In this document: positions 47,652-57,660 of the stretch, in pieces
Numbering within the stretch: the stretch's first letter is position 1
Layout: the number at the start of each line of letters is the position of its first letter
Origin: Promethearchaeia archaeon
GTDB lineage: Archaea > Asgardarchaeota > Lokiarchaeia > Sigyniarchaeales > SOKP01
NCBI GenBank assembly: GCA_046497275.1
Contig: JAWOFX010000088.1
Span: 64,670-128,669 of the forward strand
Length of the DNA: 64,000 nucleotides
Reading direction: 5' to 3'
Notes under the pieces: generated by a model
The model's database searches: none
Told to the model about the DNA's origin: nothing
What the model saw: only the letters and a program-made list of their open reading frames with translations
Program-made: the position numbers and the translations under genes

Positions 47652-47815
47652 AAGGGATTTATATCAAAGGATATAGAAATCTATTAATTGCTACAAAATA
47701 GGAGATTCATCTGAAAACGAAGTTTCGAATCATCACTTTTATTTCTTATTTATTTATATCGCTAATTCTATTTTTTTTCTTTATTTTATTTTATTCCGTT
47801 GATCTTTTTAACATC

Positions 47816-50185
47816 TTGACAGATTGGTCTTTTTTTATTACCATTGTTTTCTATATAATAAGCTTAGAAGAGTTCTATGTGTATGTAAAGAATGGTCAGA
47901 GAAGTGAACTTTCTGATATTGTTGCGATTATTTTTTTCTTCTTTTTAATCTATTTTTTAACGAAAGATCTTCTGACCTCTTTAATGGGTTCTTTTTCCAT
48001 TTATCTTTGGGTTGGAGTTGCTGAATTAAAGGAATATCCTGTAATAAACAAGATTTTGGTAATTTCTTTAGTGACTTACAATATAATTTTCGTTTCTGGA
48101 TTAATTTCAAAATTTTTAAATAATCCTATTGTTTTAAATACTTCTTTTTCCTTTTCCTTTTGGATAATTTTGATTTTAGGATTTATTTTATTCGGACGAA
48201 AATATATTGTCGTTTGGAGATTTATGAGTCCCCAATATCTAACGCTTTTTCTCTATATTCTCGGCTGGATTGGTGTAGTATTCATAAATCAATATACTCC
48301 CATCGATTTTCTTCAATATATTTATATTATTCTAATTCTCATGAATGTATTGATTTATTTCTTTTCTGGATTTTTATTGGATAAACTTCTGGGTATTAAG
48401 AGAATAAATAATGAAAAAATTAATTCCATCGTTAATGAAGTAAAAAAAAATATTGGAATTAATAGTAATGTTAAAATAGGGCTTGGAAAATATCCCATTG
48501 TGAACGCAATGGCCTACGGGCCTTTTTTAGACAAGAGGATTGCGATTATTGCTGAAGATCTTGAAAAAATTCCAGAAGATGAGATAAAGGGAATTATTGC
48601 TCATGAATTAGCCCATACCAAAGCTAATCATACTTTAATATTAGGGTTTATAACTATATTCGATTTAATTATAAGAGGAATTATTGGATTTCCAGCAACT
48701 TATTACGATTACACATTTGGTAATCCTCAAATCCCATTCATCTTTTTTCTCGTGATTAATTTTGGAGTCTATATATTTTTATATTTTTTCGTAAGAATTT
48801 TAGAAGGTTTTGCAGATAGGATTGCTAAGAATTCAGGTTATGGGCAAGAACTTGTAAAAGCTCTCTATAATTTAGAGAGTTTTTATGCTTCAGGCAGAGA
48901 AATTGGATTAAATACTATGCTATTATGCGAAGAAAAAATCTCCAGAGAAAATAAGATATTAGATTATATGGAAACGGCTCAATATCTCAATAATTCAATT
49001 ATAAAACCGTCTAAAATCTCTCTTCTTGGGAATTTCCTTAACTCGCATCCCCCGACTTATCATAGAGTTATAGCAATTTTAAGCGATGAGATAAGTCCTT
49101 ATAAAGAAACCTTGTTACCTCTAATGCATCTAAGATCTAAAAATCAGAAAAAATTTGCTCAACAATATAATAAAACAAGAAAAAAATTCAAAGAAATCAC
49201 AAATCAAAAATTCAAAGAGATGTTTAATATCGAAGATATATCTAAATTTCTTAGTACTTTGGAACTTAGAGAAAAACACAAACATGAACTTTTCAAAAAT
49301 TATCTATTCAAAAATCTTATTACAGGAAAATATATCTATGGGCAAGTAAGAGATATTAAGTTTGAAAATGATATCAATAATTTCTTCTATGAAATTTTCA
49401 ATCACGAAACAATGATAATTGAAAATTTAAACTCTTCGCACTATACGAAAAAAGAAGTTAATGTCGGTGATCATTATATTTTTTCAAAAAAAAAATTATT
49501 GAAGCTAAAAAGGATTCAATTTGATGAGGACTATAATAATGGATTTTATTATTTCTCAGATAAATATAATCTTGAAATTAAAAAGGCTATTAAAAAAACC
49601 AAAATACCGTTCTCGGTAGAAAATCTCCAAAATTTTGTCGGTAATGAAGTATTTTTTAAAAAAAGAGGAGTATTAGAAATAGCCCACTGCACCTCTCTTT
49701 ATGAAAAAGAAGAAAAATTAGAGGAATATGTGATAAAATTAAAAAACTCTTTTCATGATATTGAAGGATATGAAACTACGGCTTTAAAATTAAAAGAATT
49801 ACTTATTAAACCTAAAAATATTCAATTTGAAATTAAGAAAAATGAACAAAATAAGGATGATACCAGAAAAATTTTAAACTGGATATTGAAAAATCAAATT
49901 AGAACGTATTTTTATTTGAAAAAACCTGTAAATAACTTAGAAATTGGTTATCTTCAAAATATTTTTCATAATTCAGAACAAGAAAAACAAATGAAAAAAT
50001 TTCCATTATTTATAGAAATAAGAACAATTTTTAACGAATTTAAAAAAATAAATTTGGAAATAATTGAATTTGTAAGCTTTGCATTCAATACTGGAATTAT
50101 TCAACTGAAATCTGAAATAAGCCTCTTTTCAAAAATTGGATATCATCTCTTAAAAAAAATAAAACCACAAAAGATCTATATATAG
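47816..50185 (+). CDS. M48-family (HtpX/Ste24-like) zinc metalloprotease with long N-terminal membrane domain and ~380-aa C-terminal extension
   Basis: HELAH (IIAHELAHTKANH) lies after about six TM helices, with two further TMs and a downstream Glu region. The Lys-rich C-terminal half has no recognisable motif. TTG start in the track. Confidence 0.65.
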   Translation: MTDWSFFITIVFYIISLEEFYVYVKNGQRSELSDIVAIIFFFFLIYFLTKDLLTSLMGSFSIYLWVGVAELKEYPVINKILVISLVTYNIIFVSGLISKFLNNPIVLNTSFSFSFWIILILGFILFGRKYIVVWRFMSPQYLTLFLYILGWIGVVFINQYTPIDFLQYIYIILILMNVLIYFFSGFLLDKLLGIKRINNEKINSIVNEVKKNIGINSNVKIGLGKYPIVNAMAYGPFLDKRIAIIAEDLEKIPEDEIKGIIAHELAHTKANHTLILGFITIFDLIIRGIIGFPATYYDYTFGNPQIPFIFFLVINFGVYIFLYFFVRILEGFADRIAKNSGYGQELVKALYNLESFYASGREIGLNTMLLCEEKISRENKILDYMETAQYLNNSIIKPSKISLLGNFLNSHPPTYHRVIAILSDEISPYKETLLPLMHLRSKNQKKFAQQYNKTRKKFKEITNQKFKEMFNIEDISKFLSTLELREKHKHELFKNYLFKNLITGKYIYGQVRDIKFENDINNFFYEIFNHETMIIENLNSSHYTKKEVNVGDHYIFSKKKLLKLKRIQFDEDYNNGFYYFSDKYNLEIKKAIKKTKIPFSVENLQNFVGNEVFFKKRGVLEIAHCTSLYEKEEKLEEYVIKLKNSFHDIEGYETTALKLKELLIKPKNIQFEIKKNEQNKDDTRKILNWILKNQIRTYFYLKKPVNNLEIGYLQNIFHNSEQEKQMKKFPLFIEIRTIFNEFKKINLEIIEFVSFAFNTGIIQLKSEISLFSKIGYHLLKKIKPQKIYI

Positions 50186-50224
50186 CAATAAAATTTAATT
50201 TCAATAGTTTTTTTTAAAAGTTAC

Positions 50225-51178
50225 ATGTTAGAACGGATACACCATTTAATAAATCTCATAAGAGTAAGACAATATTACAAAAACGTTTTAGTCTTTGTTG
50301 GATTGTTCTTTAGTGTTAATTTATTTACTGTTGAATATTGGTATCCGTTAATTATTGGATTTATTTTACTCTGTCTAACCTCCTCCGTCAATTATATTGT
50401 AAATGATATAGTAGATATTGAAAGTGATAAGAAACATCCTGATAAGTTAAAAAAAAAACCTCTCGCATCCGGAGATTTATCTATTTCTTTTGCGGTTGGT
50501 TTATTGATATTAATCGTTTTTATAATTATAATTAGTTTATTATTTATTGTTCCAAATATCCCTTTCGCTATTTTATTACTTTTAATAATTTTTACCGGTC
50601 AACTTTATAATCATTTTTTTAAAAGATATGCTTTTATTGATATTTTATCTCTATCAACAGGATATTTATGGAGAGCCTTGGCTGGCTGCGTATTGATTAA
50701 TCAATTTATTTCCGCATGGTTATTTCTTTCCATATTTGAACTTGCTCTTTTTTTAGTAATTTCAAAAAGAAAAGGAGATCTTATGATATTGGGGAGTAAA
50801 GAAGATGCGGTAAAACATAAAAAGGTGTATAATCAATATTCGATAAAATTGTTAGATCAATTTCACGTAATAACTGCTGGCTCTATTTTTATGACTTATA
50901 GCCTTTATTTAATTTTCAAGTTCGAATTATTTACTGAGGGTGAGTTTAATCCAAATGAATATATAACAATCCTTACAATTCCAATTATTCTTTTTATATT
51001 AATGCGTTATATGTATCTTACATCAGCAAAACCCGAGCTAGCAAGAAACATTGAGAAAGCACTTTTTGATAAAGGTATCTTAATAGCAGGAATATTTTTA
51101 GGAGCAATTTTATTATATTCATTTTATTTTGAACAAATTATAGAAATTCTAAACCTTATTTTTAATTTAAATCTTTAA
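50225..51178 (+). CDS. UbiA-family prenyl-phosphate transferase, decaprenyl-phosphate phosphoribosyltransferase (DPPR synthase)-like
   Basis: NYIVNDIVDIESDKKHPDKLKKKPLASGDLS (NDxxDxxxD followed by HPxK..P.ASG) and about eight TM helices. Confidence 0.65.
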   Translation: MLERIHHLINLIRVRQYYKNVLVFVGLFFSVNLFTVEYWYPLIIGFILLCLTSSVNYIVNDIVDIESDKKHPDKLKKKPLASGDLSISFAVGLLILIVFIIIISLLFIVPNIPFAILLLLIIFTGQLYNHFFKRYAFIDILSLSTGYLWRALAGCVLINQFISAWLFLSIFELALFLVISKRKGDLMILGSKEDAVKHKKVYNQYSIKLLDQFHVITAGSIFMTYSLYLIFKFELFTEGEFNPNEYITILTIPIILFILMRYMYLTSAKPELARNIEKALFDKGILIAGIFLGAILLYSFYFEQIIEILNLIFNLNL

Positions 51179-51201
51179 AAAAATAATAATTAAAAAAAAA
51201 A

Positions 51202-51888
51202 TTGACAAATATCCGATTAGATCTCCATGTTCATACAACATTTTCGGTCGATTCTTTAATTCCCCCTCAAAAATTAATAAAATATGCCATAAATAAAGGC
51301 TTAGATGGCTTAGCAATATGTGATCATAACACAATTAAAGCTTATGATAAGTTAAAAAGAAATGCTGAAGAGAATGATTTTTTATTAATACCTGGAATGG
51401 AGATTGAAACAAAAGTCGGGGAAGTAATCGGGCTTTTTATTGAAAATGAAATTAATACAAATAATAAGGATTTTTTTGAAATTGTCCATCAAATTAGGGA
51501 TTGTAATGGTCTAGTGATCATTCCTCATCCATTTGATTTTTTAAGACGAAATCATCTAAAAACAGATCTATTAAGCGACAAAATTATACAAAAATATATC
51601 GATGGTGTAGAAATCATCAATTCTCGAATAATTTTTAATTATTGCATCAAAAAAGCTCTAAAATTTAAAAATAAATATAATTTATTTGAAACAGCTGGTT
51701 CCGATGCTCATTATTACAAAGAAATTGGAAATGGTTTCACTTTAATAAAAAATTTTGATGGAAATTCACTTGATGAGGTTAAGAAGGCTTTATTATCTAA
51801 AAAATCAAAAAGTTTGGGTAAAAGATCTTCCCCTCTTTATCATATGATAACTGTATTAAATAAATTAAAAATGAGACAATACTTTTAA
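51202..51888 (+). CDS. PHP-domain metal-dependent phosphoesterase
   Basis: DLHVHTTFSVDS, ICDHNT, IIPHPFD and GSDAH metal-ligand motifs. TTG start. Confidence 0.75.
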   Translation: MTNIRLDLHVHTTFSVDSLIPPQKLIKYAINKGLDGLAICDHNTIKAYDKLKRNAEENDFLLIPGMEIETKVGEVIGLFIENEINTNNKDFFEIVHQIRDCNGLVIIPHPFDFLRRNHLKTDLLSDKIIQKYIDGVEIINSRIIFNYCIKKALKFKNKYNLFETAGSDAHYYKEIGNGFTLIKNFDGNSLDEVKKALLSKKSKSLGKRSSPLYHMITVLNKLKMRQYF

Positions 51889-51894
51889 AAAATA

Positions 51895-53052
51895 ATGAGT
51901 TCATCTAAAAATCCCAAAATTTTTGTTGTTAAAACAAAACCAGAAACGGTTTTACAAGATTATCAACGCCTTATGCATATGGCGAATTATATAGATCATT
52001 TTTCTAAAGAACAAAAGATTTTGCTGAAATTAAATTTGAGTTGGTCGAAGTTTTTTCCCGCTTGTTCGAGTCCTCCATGGCAATTGGAAGGAGTTTTAAA
52101 AACGATGGTTGGTGACGGGTTTAACCCCCGAAATTTGTTTACTTGCGAGAATAGAACAGTTGTCACTAATATCGCACGTGGGTTGAGGGGGAATCGTTGG
52201 GCACCCATCATAAAAGAGTATGGCGTTTGGTTTGTGCCATTAACACGGGTTCCTTTTGTCCCTTATGAATCTCTCCGAGATGAGTTTCTTACATTAAAGA
52301 ATAAAGAACTTCATGCATTGGATTCAAAAATTTTTCCCGATGGATTTAGCATTCCTAAATTCTATCTGAATAAGCCGATCATTCATATGCCAACCATAAA
52401 AACTCATGGGCATACAGGAGTAAAAAAAGGGAATAGGAGACAGGGTCTTACTTGCTGTATGAAAAACGCATTTGGAGGATTACTTACTAAAAGAAGGCAC
52501 TTTTCTCATCAATTTATGTCAGAAGTACTCGTAGATCTATTAATCATTCAGAAACAAATTCATCCAGAAATCATGGGTATTGTTGACGGGACTGTATGCG
52601 GGGATGGTGCTGGTCCACGTACGATGATTCCGAGAATTAAAAATTATTTACTCGGGGGTTACGATCAAGTTGCAGTTGATTCCGTGGTAGCAAAAATGCT
52701 TGGTTTTGAACCATTAAAGTTGCCCGCAATTAAATTAGCCCATGACGAAGGTCTTGGGTGTGGTGATTTTGATCAAATAGAAATAATAGGTGAAGATATA
52801 TCCAATGTTAATTGGAATTTTACTTTGAAACGGAGCTTGGTTATTTGGGGAGATCAAATGGTTAGAAAAGGACCTTTGAGTTTTTTACACCCTCTCTTTC
52901 ATAATAGGTTATTTATGGCACTCCCTATACTTGGAAGCCTAGTTTTTCATGATATGTTCTGGTATCCAACAATAGGAAAACAGAGAATCAAAAAATTTAT
53001 GACTACAAAATGGGGGAAATTATTTCAAGAATATCCGGCTGATTCAGATTAG
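51895..53052 (+). CDS. DUF362 domain protein
   Basis: KILLKLNLSW, IHMPTIKTHGHTG, IVDGTVCGDGAGP and DQVAVDSVVAKMLGFEP are collinear with DUF362. Confidence 0.6.
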   Translation: MSSSKNPKIFVVKTKPETVLQDYQRLMHMANYIDHFSKEQKILLKLNLSWSKFFPACSSPPWQLEGVLKTMVGDGFNPRNLFTCENRTVVTNIARGLRGNRWAPIIKEYGVWFVPLTRVPFVPYESLRDEFLTLKNKELHALDSKIFPDGFSIPKFYLNKPIIHMPTIKTHGHTGVKKGNRRQGLTCCMKNAFGGLLTKRRHFSHQFMSEVLVDLLIIQKQIHPEIMGIVDGTVCGDGAGPRTMIPRIKNYLLGGYDQVAVDSVVAKMLGFEPLKLPAIKLAHDEGLGCGDFDQIEIIGEDISNVNWNFTLKRSLVIWGDQMVRKGPLSFLHPLFHNRLFMALPILGSLVFHDMFWYPTIGKQRIKKFMTTKWGKLFQEYPADSD

Positions 53053-53070
53053 AAAAATATAAAAGAGAGA

Positions 53071-54483
53071 TTAAACAACTTCTAATGTTTCCTCCGGAAT
53101 TTCACTACAAATCTTTTCTAGATCTATCCCTCTGTTTTTCAACCATTTCTTCCTTATGAAATAATAGACTATAGCAATAATATATAAACCCATTACAATG
53201 AGGATGATATATAATTCTGCTAACATTATCGCAAATATAGAAAGAGAACTATAAATTACGTTAAAAACTATTAACGCTAACAAATATTTCTTTTTGATTT
53301 TAAATCTAGACTTTTCTAAGAGTTCTGGATATTTTTTTCTAAGTAAGTATGGAATAAATGCTAAAATAATTGAGGGGATTGCTATAGTCAGAGAATTATA
53401 ATATTGTAGATCTTCAAAATTGGGTTGGAATAATAATAATATTATGGATGATATACAGAAAAAAGTAACGGCCCAATGAGGTGTTCCATATCTTTTATTC
53501 ACTTTCGACAAAATATAAGGAAGCATCCGATCTCTTGCCGCAGAAAACAGATCTCTTGAGTATGCTAGAATGATTGCATGAATCGTTGATGCTATAGCAA
53601 TTAAAATTAAAATATTTAAAAACAATAAGAATACTCCATCTATTCCTATTTGAGTAAATACATCTATAATGGTTATATTTTCGTCTTTTAATGTCGCCTC
53701 TTGAAAAACAGTAAAATCTAAAACCCCTGTCATAATTATTGAAACTAAAATATAGAGGATCAAAATCATAATCAAGGAAATAAAAAGCCCTAAAGGGACA
53801 TTCCTCTTGGGATTTTTAATTTCACCACCAATTTCAACAATAGCATTAAATCCCGCAAATGAAAAACTCAATAACACAGCTCCCAGAAATATTCCCATTA
53901 TCCCCGTAGGAAATAGTCCTCCTGTACCAACACCCGTTAATTTATTAATTTCAATGTTAGGAAGACCAAATATTATGAATAATATCAAAATAAGGAAATC
54001 CCCTAAGATAGCAAGAAGTATTTGAACCCATCCCGCAAATTTCACATTAAAAATATTTATAACATAGAATATAACTAAGATGATGATTGCTGAAATATTC
54101 AAAGTACCCGGAATTAACTCATTGAAATATTGCCCAAAACCAAGAGATAAAAATGCTATTGATCCAATAATGTGTATTATAATTGAAAATAAGACAATGA
54201 ATCCAATGAAGGAATTCAATAATCTCGAAGAATATACCCATGTACCTCCGCTAACTGGAAATGCTGATACAATATAATAAATAATAATAGCATTAATAAC
54301 ATTAGGAATACCAGCAATTATAAATGCTAACCAGAGTGCCGGACCTGTTTCTGCTGCCGCTGATCCCGTCTGTATTAAAATTCCTGCCCCAACAATATAT
54401 CCAAAAAGAAAAAATACAACAGAAACTAATCCCAGTTCTCTACGTAATTTTTTGTTTTCTTTTTTTCCTTTTTCTTCTACCAT
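53071..54483 (-). CDS. APC-superfamily amino acid/polyamine permease
   Basis: 470 aa with about 12 TM helices. N-terminal LRRELGLVSVVFFLFGYIVGAGI motif. Confidence 0.75.
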   Translation of the reverse strand: MVEEKGKKENKKLRRELGLVSVVFFLFGYIVGAGILIQTGSAAAETGPALWLAFIIAGIPNVINAIIIYYIVSAFPVSGGTWVYSSRLLNSFIGFIVLFSIIIHIIGSIAFLSLGFGQYFNELIPGTLNISAIIILVIFYVINIFNVKFAGWVQILLAILGDFLILILFIIFGLPNIEINKLTGVGTGGLFPTGIMGIFLGAVLLSFSFAGFNAIVEIGGEIKNPKRNVPLGLFISLIMILILYILVSIIMTGVLDFTVFQEATLKDENITIIDVFTQIGIDGVFLLFLNILILIAIASTIHAIILAYSRDLFSAARDRMLPYILSKVNKRYGTPHWAVTFFCISSIILLLFQPNFEDLQYYNSLTIAIPSIILAFIPYLLRKKYPELLEKSRFKIKKKYLLALIVFNVIYSSLSIFAIMLAELYIILIVMGLYIIAIVYYFIRKKWLKNRGIDLEKICSEIPEETLEVV

Positions 54484-54665
54484 TGGTAATGATCTTCTTT
54501 TTATGTATATTTTAATCTTCTATTTTATTTTACTACCTAATTCTCAATTACCATAATATTCAATTTTTATGATATAGAAAAATATAAAAACCTAATATTG
54601 AAAATGAATTAATTTTTACAAAAAAATTGCTAGTCAAACTCAATCCTTTAATATAAGTATTAAAT

Positions 54666-55535
54666 CTATTTAGGAAATTGTTTTATTAATCTTTTTTGAT
54701 TGATGATATCAAATGCTTCATAAATAGTAATCTTACAATTCAAAAGACCAAAAACCAAAGTTTTGAGAAGCTCAATATTATTGTTCAAAAATGAAATATA
54801 ATTTAATTCTTTTTTAAGCTTTTCTTTTATCTCTTTATCTGTTTTTTTCAATTCAAAAAATTTCAAATAGTTCTCTTCATTAACCTTAATCCCTTTTCTC
54901 AAAGCTAAAATAATAGCTGAAGCTTCGTGTTTAGAGATATTTTGGAATAGTTTATGAAATTTAAATTTTGACGACTTTAATTCATTTATTAAATAGATTA
55001 TAACTTTCTCTTGATTACCGAAAAGACTATAAATTTCTGTGATAAGTTCTAAACTCAGAGGAAATACTCCTCTACCAATCTTAAAAGTAAGTTTTAGTTT
55101 ACTATTGCTTTCATCTTCTACATTCTTAACACAATTTTTAACGTTTGAGAGGAGTTCTTTTTTATTATAGAATGTTTTTGAATAGAAAAAATGTCCATCT
55201 AAAAATACAATCAATCCAATAGTTTTTCCTGGATCTATTGAAAGTAGTAATTTTGAGTGATTTCCGAAACCACAATGGTAAATCTTAAGAAAATTAAAAA
55301 AATACTTATCAAAATTCTCTTCATCCTTATATGGAATAAAATTTACTTTTTTATTGTTATAATTATTGATTTTAAAAACTTCTTTTAAGGTTGTAAGAAC
55401 TATTGAATCAACATTTGGAATATGTTGTCCTAAATTCAAGACTGTGAATGGAATTCCTAATTTCTTCAATTCTTTATTGAGTCTGAAGAAAAATTTTGAA
55501 TTATTTGTAATTACAAATACTATTTTTTCTCTCAA
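54666..55535 (-). CDS. Hypothetical protein with possible RNase H-fold (RuvC-like) nuclease core
   Basis: LLLSIDPGKTIGLIVFLDG (IDPG..G first-strand Asp), a later LINELK Glu and KHEASAIILALRK resembling the RuvC C-terminal helix. Weak pattern match only. Confidence 0.3.
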   Translation of the reverse strand: MREKIVFVITNNSKFFFRLNKELKKLGIPFTVLNLGQHIPNVDSIVLTTLKEVFKINNYNNKKVNFIPYKDEENFDKYFFNFLKIYHCGFGNHSKLLLSIDPGKTIGLIVFLDGHFFYSKTFYNKKELLSNVKNCVKNVEDESNSKLKLTFKIGRGVFPLSLELITEIYSLFGNQEKVIIYLINELKSSKFKFHKLFQNISKHEASAIILALRKGIKVNEENYLKFFELKKTDKEIKEKLKKELNYISFLNNNIELLKTLVFGLLNCKITIYEAFDIINQKRLIKQFPK

Positions 55536-55755
55536 ATCAATTAAATCAATGTAATAAAAATTAAAAATTTTAAAGAAACTTCTTCTTTTTAAAACCCTAA
55601 ATTACATCGAAAATGATAAAAATGAAGAATATGTTTATTATTTCTTTATGTTAAAATTTTTTATACGATAAACATCTTCTTCTTATTCAAAGCTCCGTGA
55701 TTGAAATTTAAATAAATTAATTTATTAAAGGAACACATTAAATATATTGTGAAAA

Positions 55756-56457
55756 ATGAATTTCCCAACTCCTAAACTTAAAAATATTTTTCAGAAAAAA
55801 TTTCCAATAGATGGAATTCTTTCAATTTGGGGTGATTTCGGGGTTGGAAAAACAACTTTAGCATTACAAATATCCATTTTATCAATAGAGAAACGAAAGA
55901 AAGTGATATATTTTTATACAAAACCTAATTTTCCCTATAAAAAATTATTCACTCTCGCTGAGGATAATTTTTCTCAAGATATATCTCCATTTCATTCTCT
56001 CTTTGATCTTATAACAATCAAAGATTTTTCTCAATTATACTCCATTATTTTAAATTTAGAATATCTATTTTTGACAGAAAAAAATTATAATTTAAAAACT
56101 TATCTTATTGTAATTGATTCTTTAACAGATTTATATAAATCTGAACTGAATTTCAACAATGTTGATCAAAATGTGCGTTTAAATTATCAATTAAATCAAA
56201 TCTTAGCAACATTAAAATATTTAAAACACAAATATGATTTGGATTTATTGATTATTAATGAAACAAGTAGAACAAATCAAATCGGTGAAATTAAAGAAAC
56301 TCAAAGTGGTGGAAAAGTGATGGAGTATTGGATTACTGATTCTATTAAAATAGAAAGAACAAATGTTTTAAATAAACGAAAATTTAAAATCAACCGTTTT
56401 GATAAGAATAAAAACTATGAAATAATTTTAAAAATTAATGAAACAGGATTCGAATGA
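55756..56457 (+). CDS. RadB/KaiC-like RecA-superfamily ATPase
   Basis: Walker A GDFGVGKTTLALQI and Walker B YLIVIDSLTDLY. 233 aa with no N-terminal HhH domain. Confidence 0.6.
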   Translation: MNFPTPKLKNIFQKKFPIDGILSIWGDFGVGKTTLALQISILSIEKRKKVIYFYTKPNFPYKKLFTLAEDNFSQDISPFHSLFDLITIKDFSQLYSIILNLEYLFLTEKNYNLKTYLIVIDSLTDLYKSELNFNNVDQNVRLNYQLNQILATLKYLKHKYDLDLLIINETSRTNQIGEIKETQSGGKVMEYWITDSIKIERTNVLNKRKFKINRFDKNKNYEIILKINETGFE

Positions 56458-56630
56458 ATAATTCTTCACGAGTTTCTAATTTTATAAATTCAATTCTTTA
56501 TCTTTGGAATTAAAAGTAAAATGATCTAAAAATCTCTATTTTCGAATATTTAACTTTATAGTTCTGATACTAAAATATTTTGAATTAAGAATTATATATA
56601 TAAATAATAACCTTATGAGATGGTTGATTA

Positions 56631-57644
56631 ATGAAAAGTAGGGATCCTAAAAAGAAAAGGAAAGAACGTCTTAAGTTGTCAAAATATTTGCAAAAAAATA
56701 TTCCGAACTATTTTCAAAATAGAGGAGAATTAATTGAATTAATTGAAACAATAGCAGAAGCTACAATTCCAATAAGAGGTTTATTAGAAAGAGGGATAAC
56801 TTCCAGAGAAATTAATTATAGAATGAATATTACAGAAAGACAAGAGATAGCTAAAAATATATATGAAGAGGAACAAATCCATGAGGATGTCTTAACTCAT
56901 TCTATTATTTTAAAAGCTATCCAAGAGGCAGATGTTGATTTTGCTTTTATTGCATCCGAAGAAGCAGAACCTATTATAGGAAACGGAAGATTCGGAATTA
57001 CTATTGATCCTGTTGATGGATCTTCAAATGTAGCGGTAAATAGGACTGTTGGAACGATAGTAGGGATTTATCAAGGAGAAGAGGGGATTATTTGTTCTTT
57101 TTATGTATTGTATGGAATCTTCACAAATCTTATTTTATCTATTAATGGAAAGGTCGCTGAGTTCATATTGGATTTAACACCTTATTCTATGACATTTTAC
57201 CATTTTATATTTTTAGAAGAATTAAAAATGCCTAACCCAGAGCAAGGAGGTATAAGATGTTTGGGTGGAGATCCAAATGAATGGCCAGAAATATGTAATA
57301 AATATAAAAATTTGTTGATAAAAAAGAATTTTAAAGACCGATATTCTGGATCTTTCGTTGGAGATTTTCATGCTGTTATTAAATATGGTGGAATTTATTC
57401 TTATTTTCCCTCACCAAAACCTAAATTACGTCTTTACTATGAATGGATACCATTAGCTTTTATATGTAAATCTCTCGGGGGGGAATTTTTGATTATTGGA
57501 AATGAACAAGATAGCGAGAAAATAAAAAGGATTGAAAATGTTCCCTCTTTAACTATTGAAAATTTAGAGAAAATTCATTACAACGTTTGTGGTGGTCTCA
57601 TTGGGAGTAAGTATGCCGTTAACCTCTATAATCAAGTAGAATAA
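56631..57644 (+). CDS. fbp: Fructose-1,6-bisphosphatase, class I (bacterial/eukaryal type)
   Basis: EEQIHEDVL, ASEEAE, ITIDPVDGSSNVAVNRTVGTIVGIY and LRLYYEWIPLAFICKSLGG are collinear with class I FBPase. Confidence 0.8.
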   Translation: MKSRDPKKKRKERLKLSKYLQKNIPNYFQNRGELIELIETIAEATIPIRGLLERGITSREINYRMNITERQEIAKNIYEEEQIHEDVLTHSIILKAIQEADVDFAFIASEEAEPIIGNGRFGITIDPVDGSSNVAVNRTVGTIVGIYQGEEGIICSFYVLYGIFTNLILSINGKVAEFILDLTPYSMTFYHFIFLEELKMPNPEQGGIRCLGGDPNEWPEICNKYKNLLIKKNFKDRYSGSFVGDFHAVIKYGGIYSYFPSPKPKLRLYYEWIPLAFICKSLGGEFLIIGNEQDSEKIKRIENVPSLTIENLEKIHYNVCGGLIGSKYAVNLYNQVE

Positions 57645-57660
57645 AAATTGAATAATATAA

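Noticed and set aside
56519-56570. Possible C/D-box sRNA (AUGAUC ... CUGA about 40 nt apart) in the intergenic region upstream of fbp
   Set aside because: The C box is imperfect (AUGAUCU instead of RUGAUGA). I found no C'/D' boxes and no terminal stem. Such near-matches are common in AT-rich spacers.
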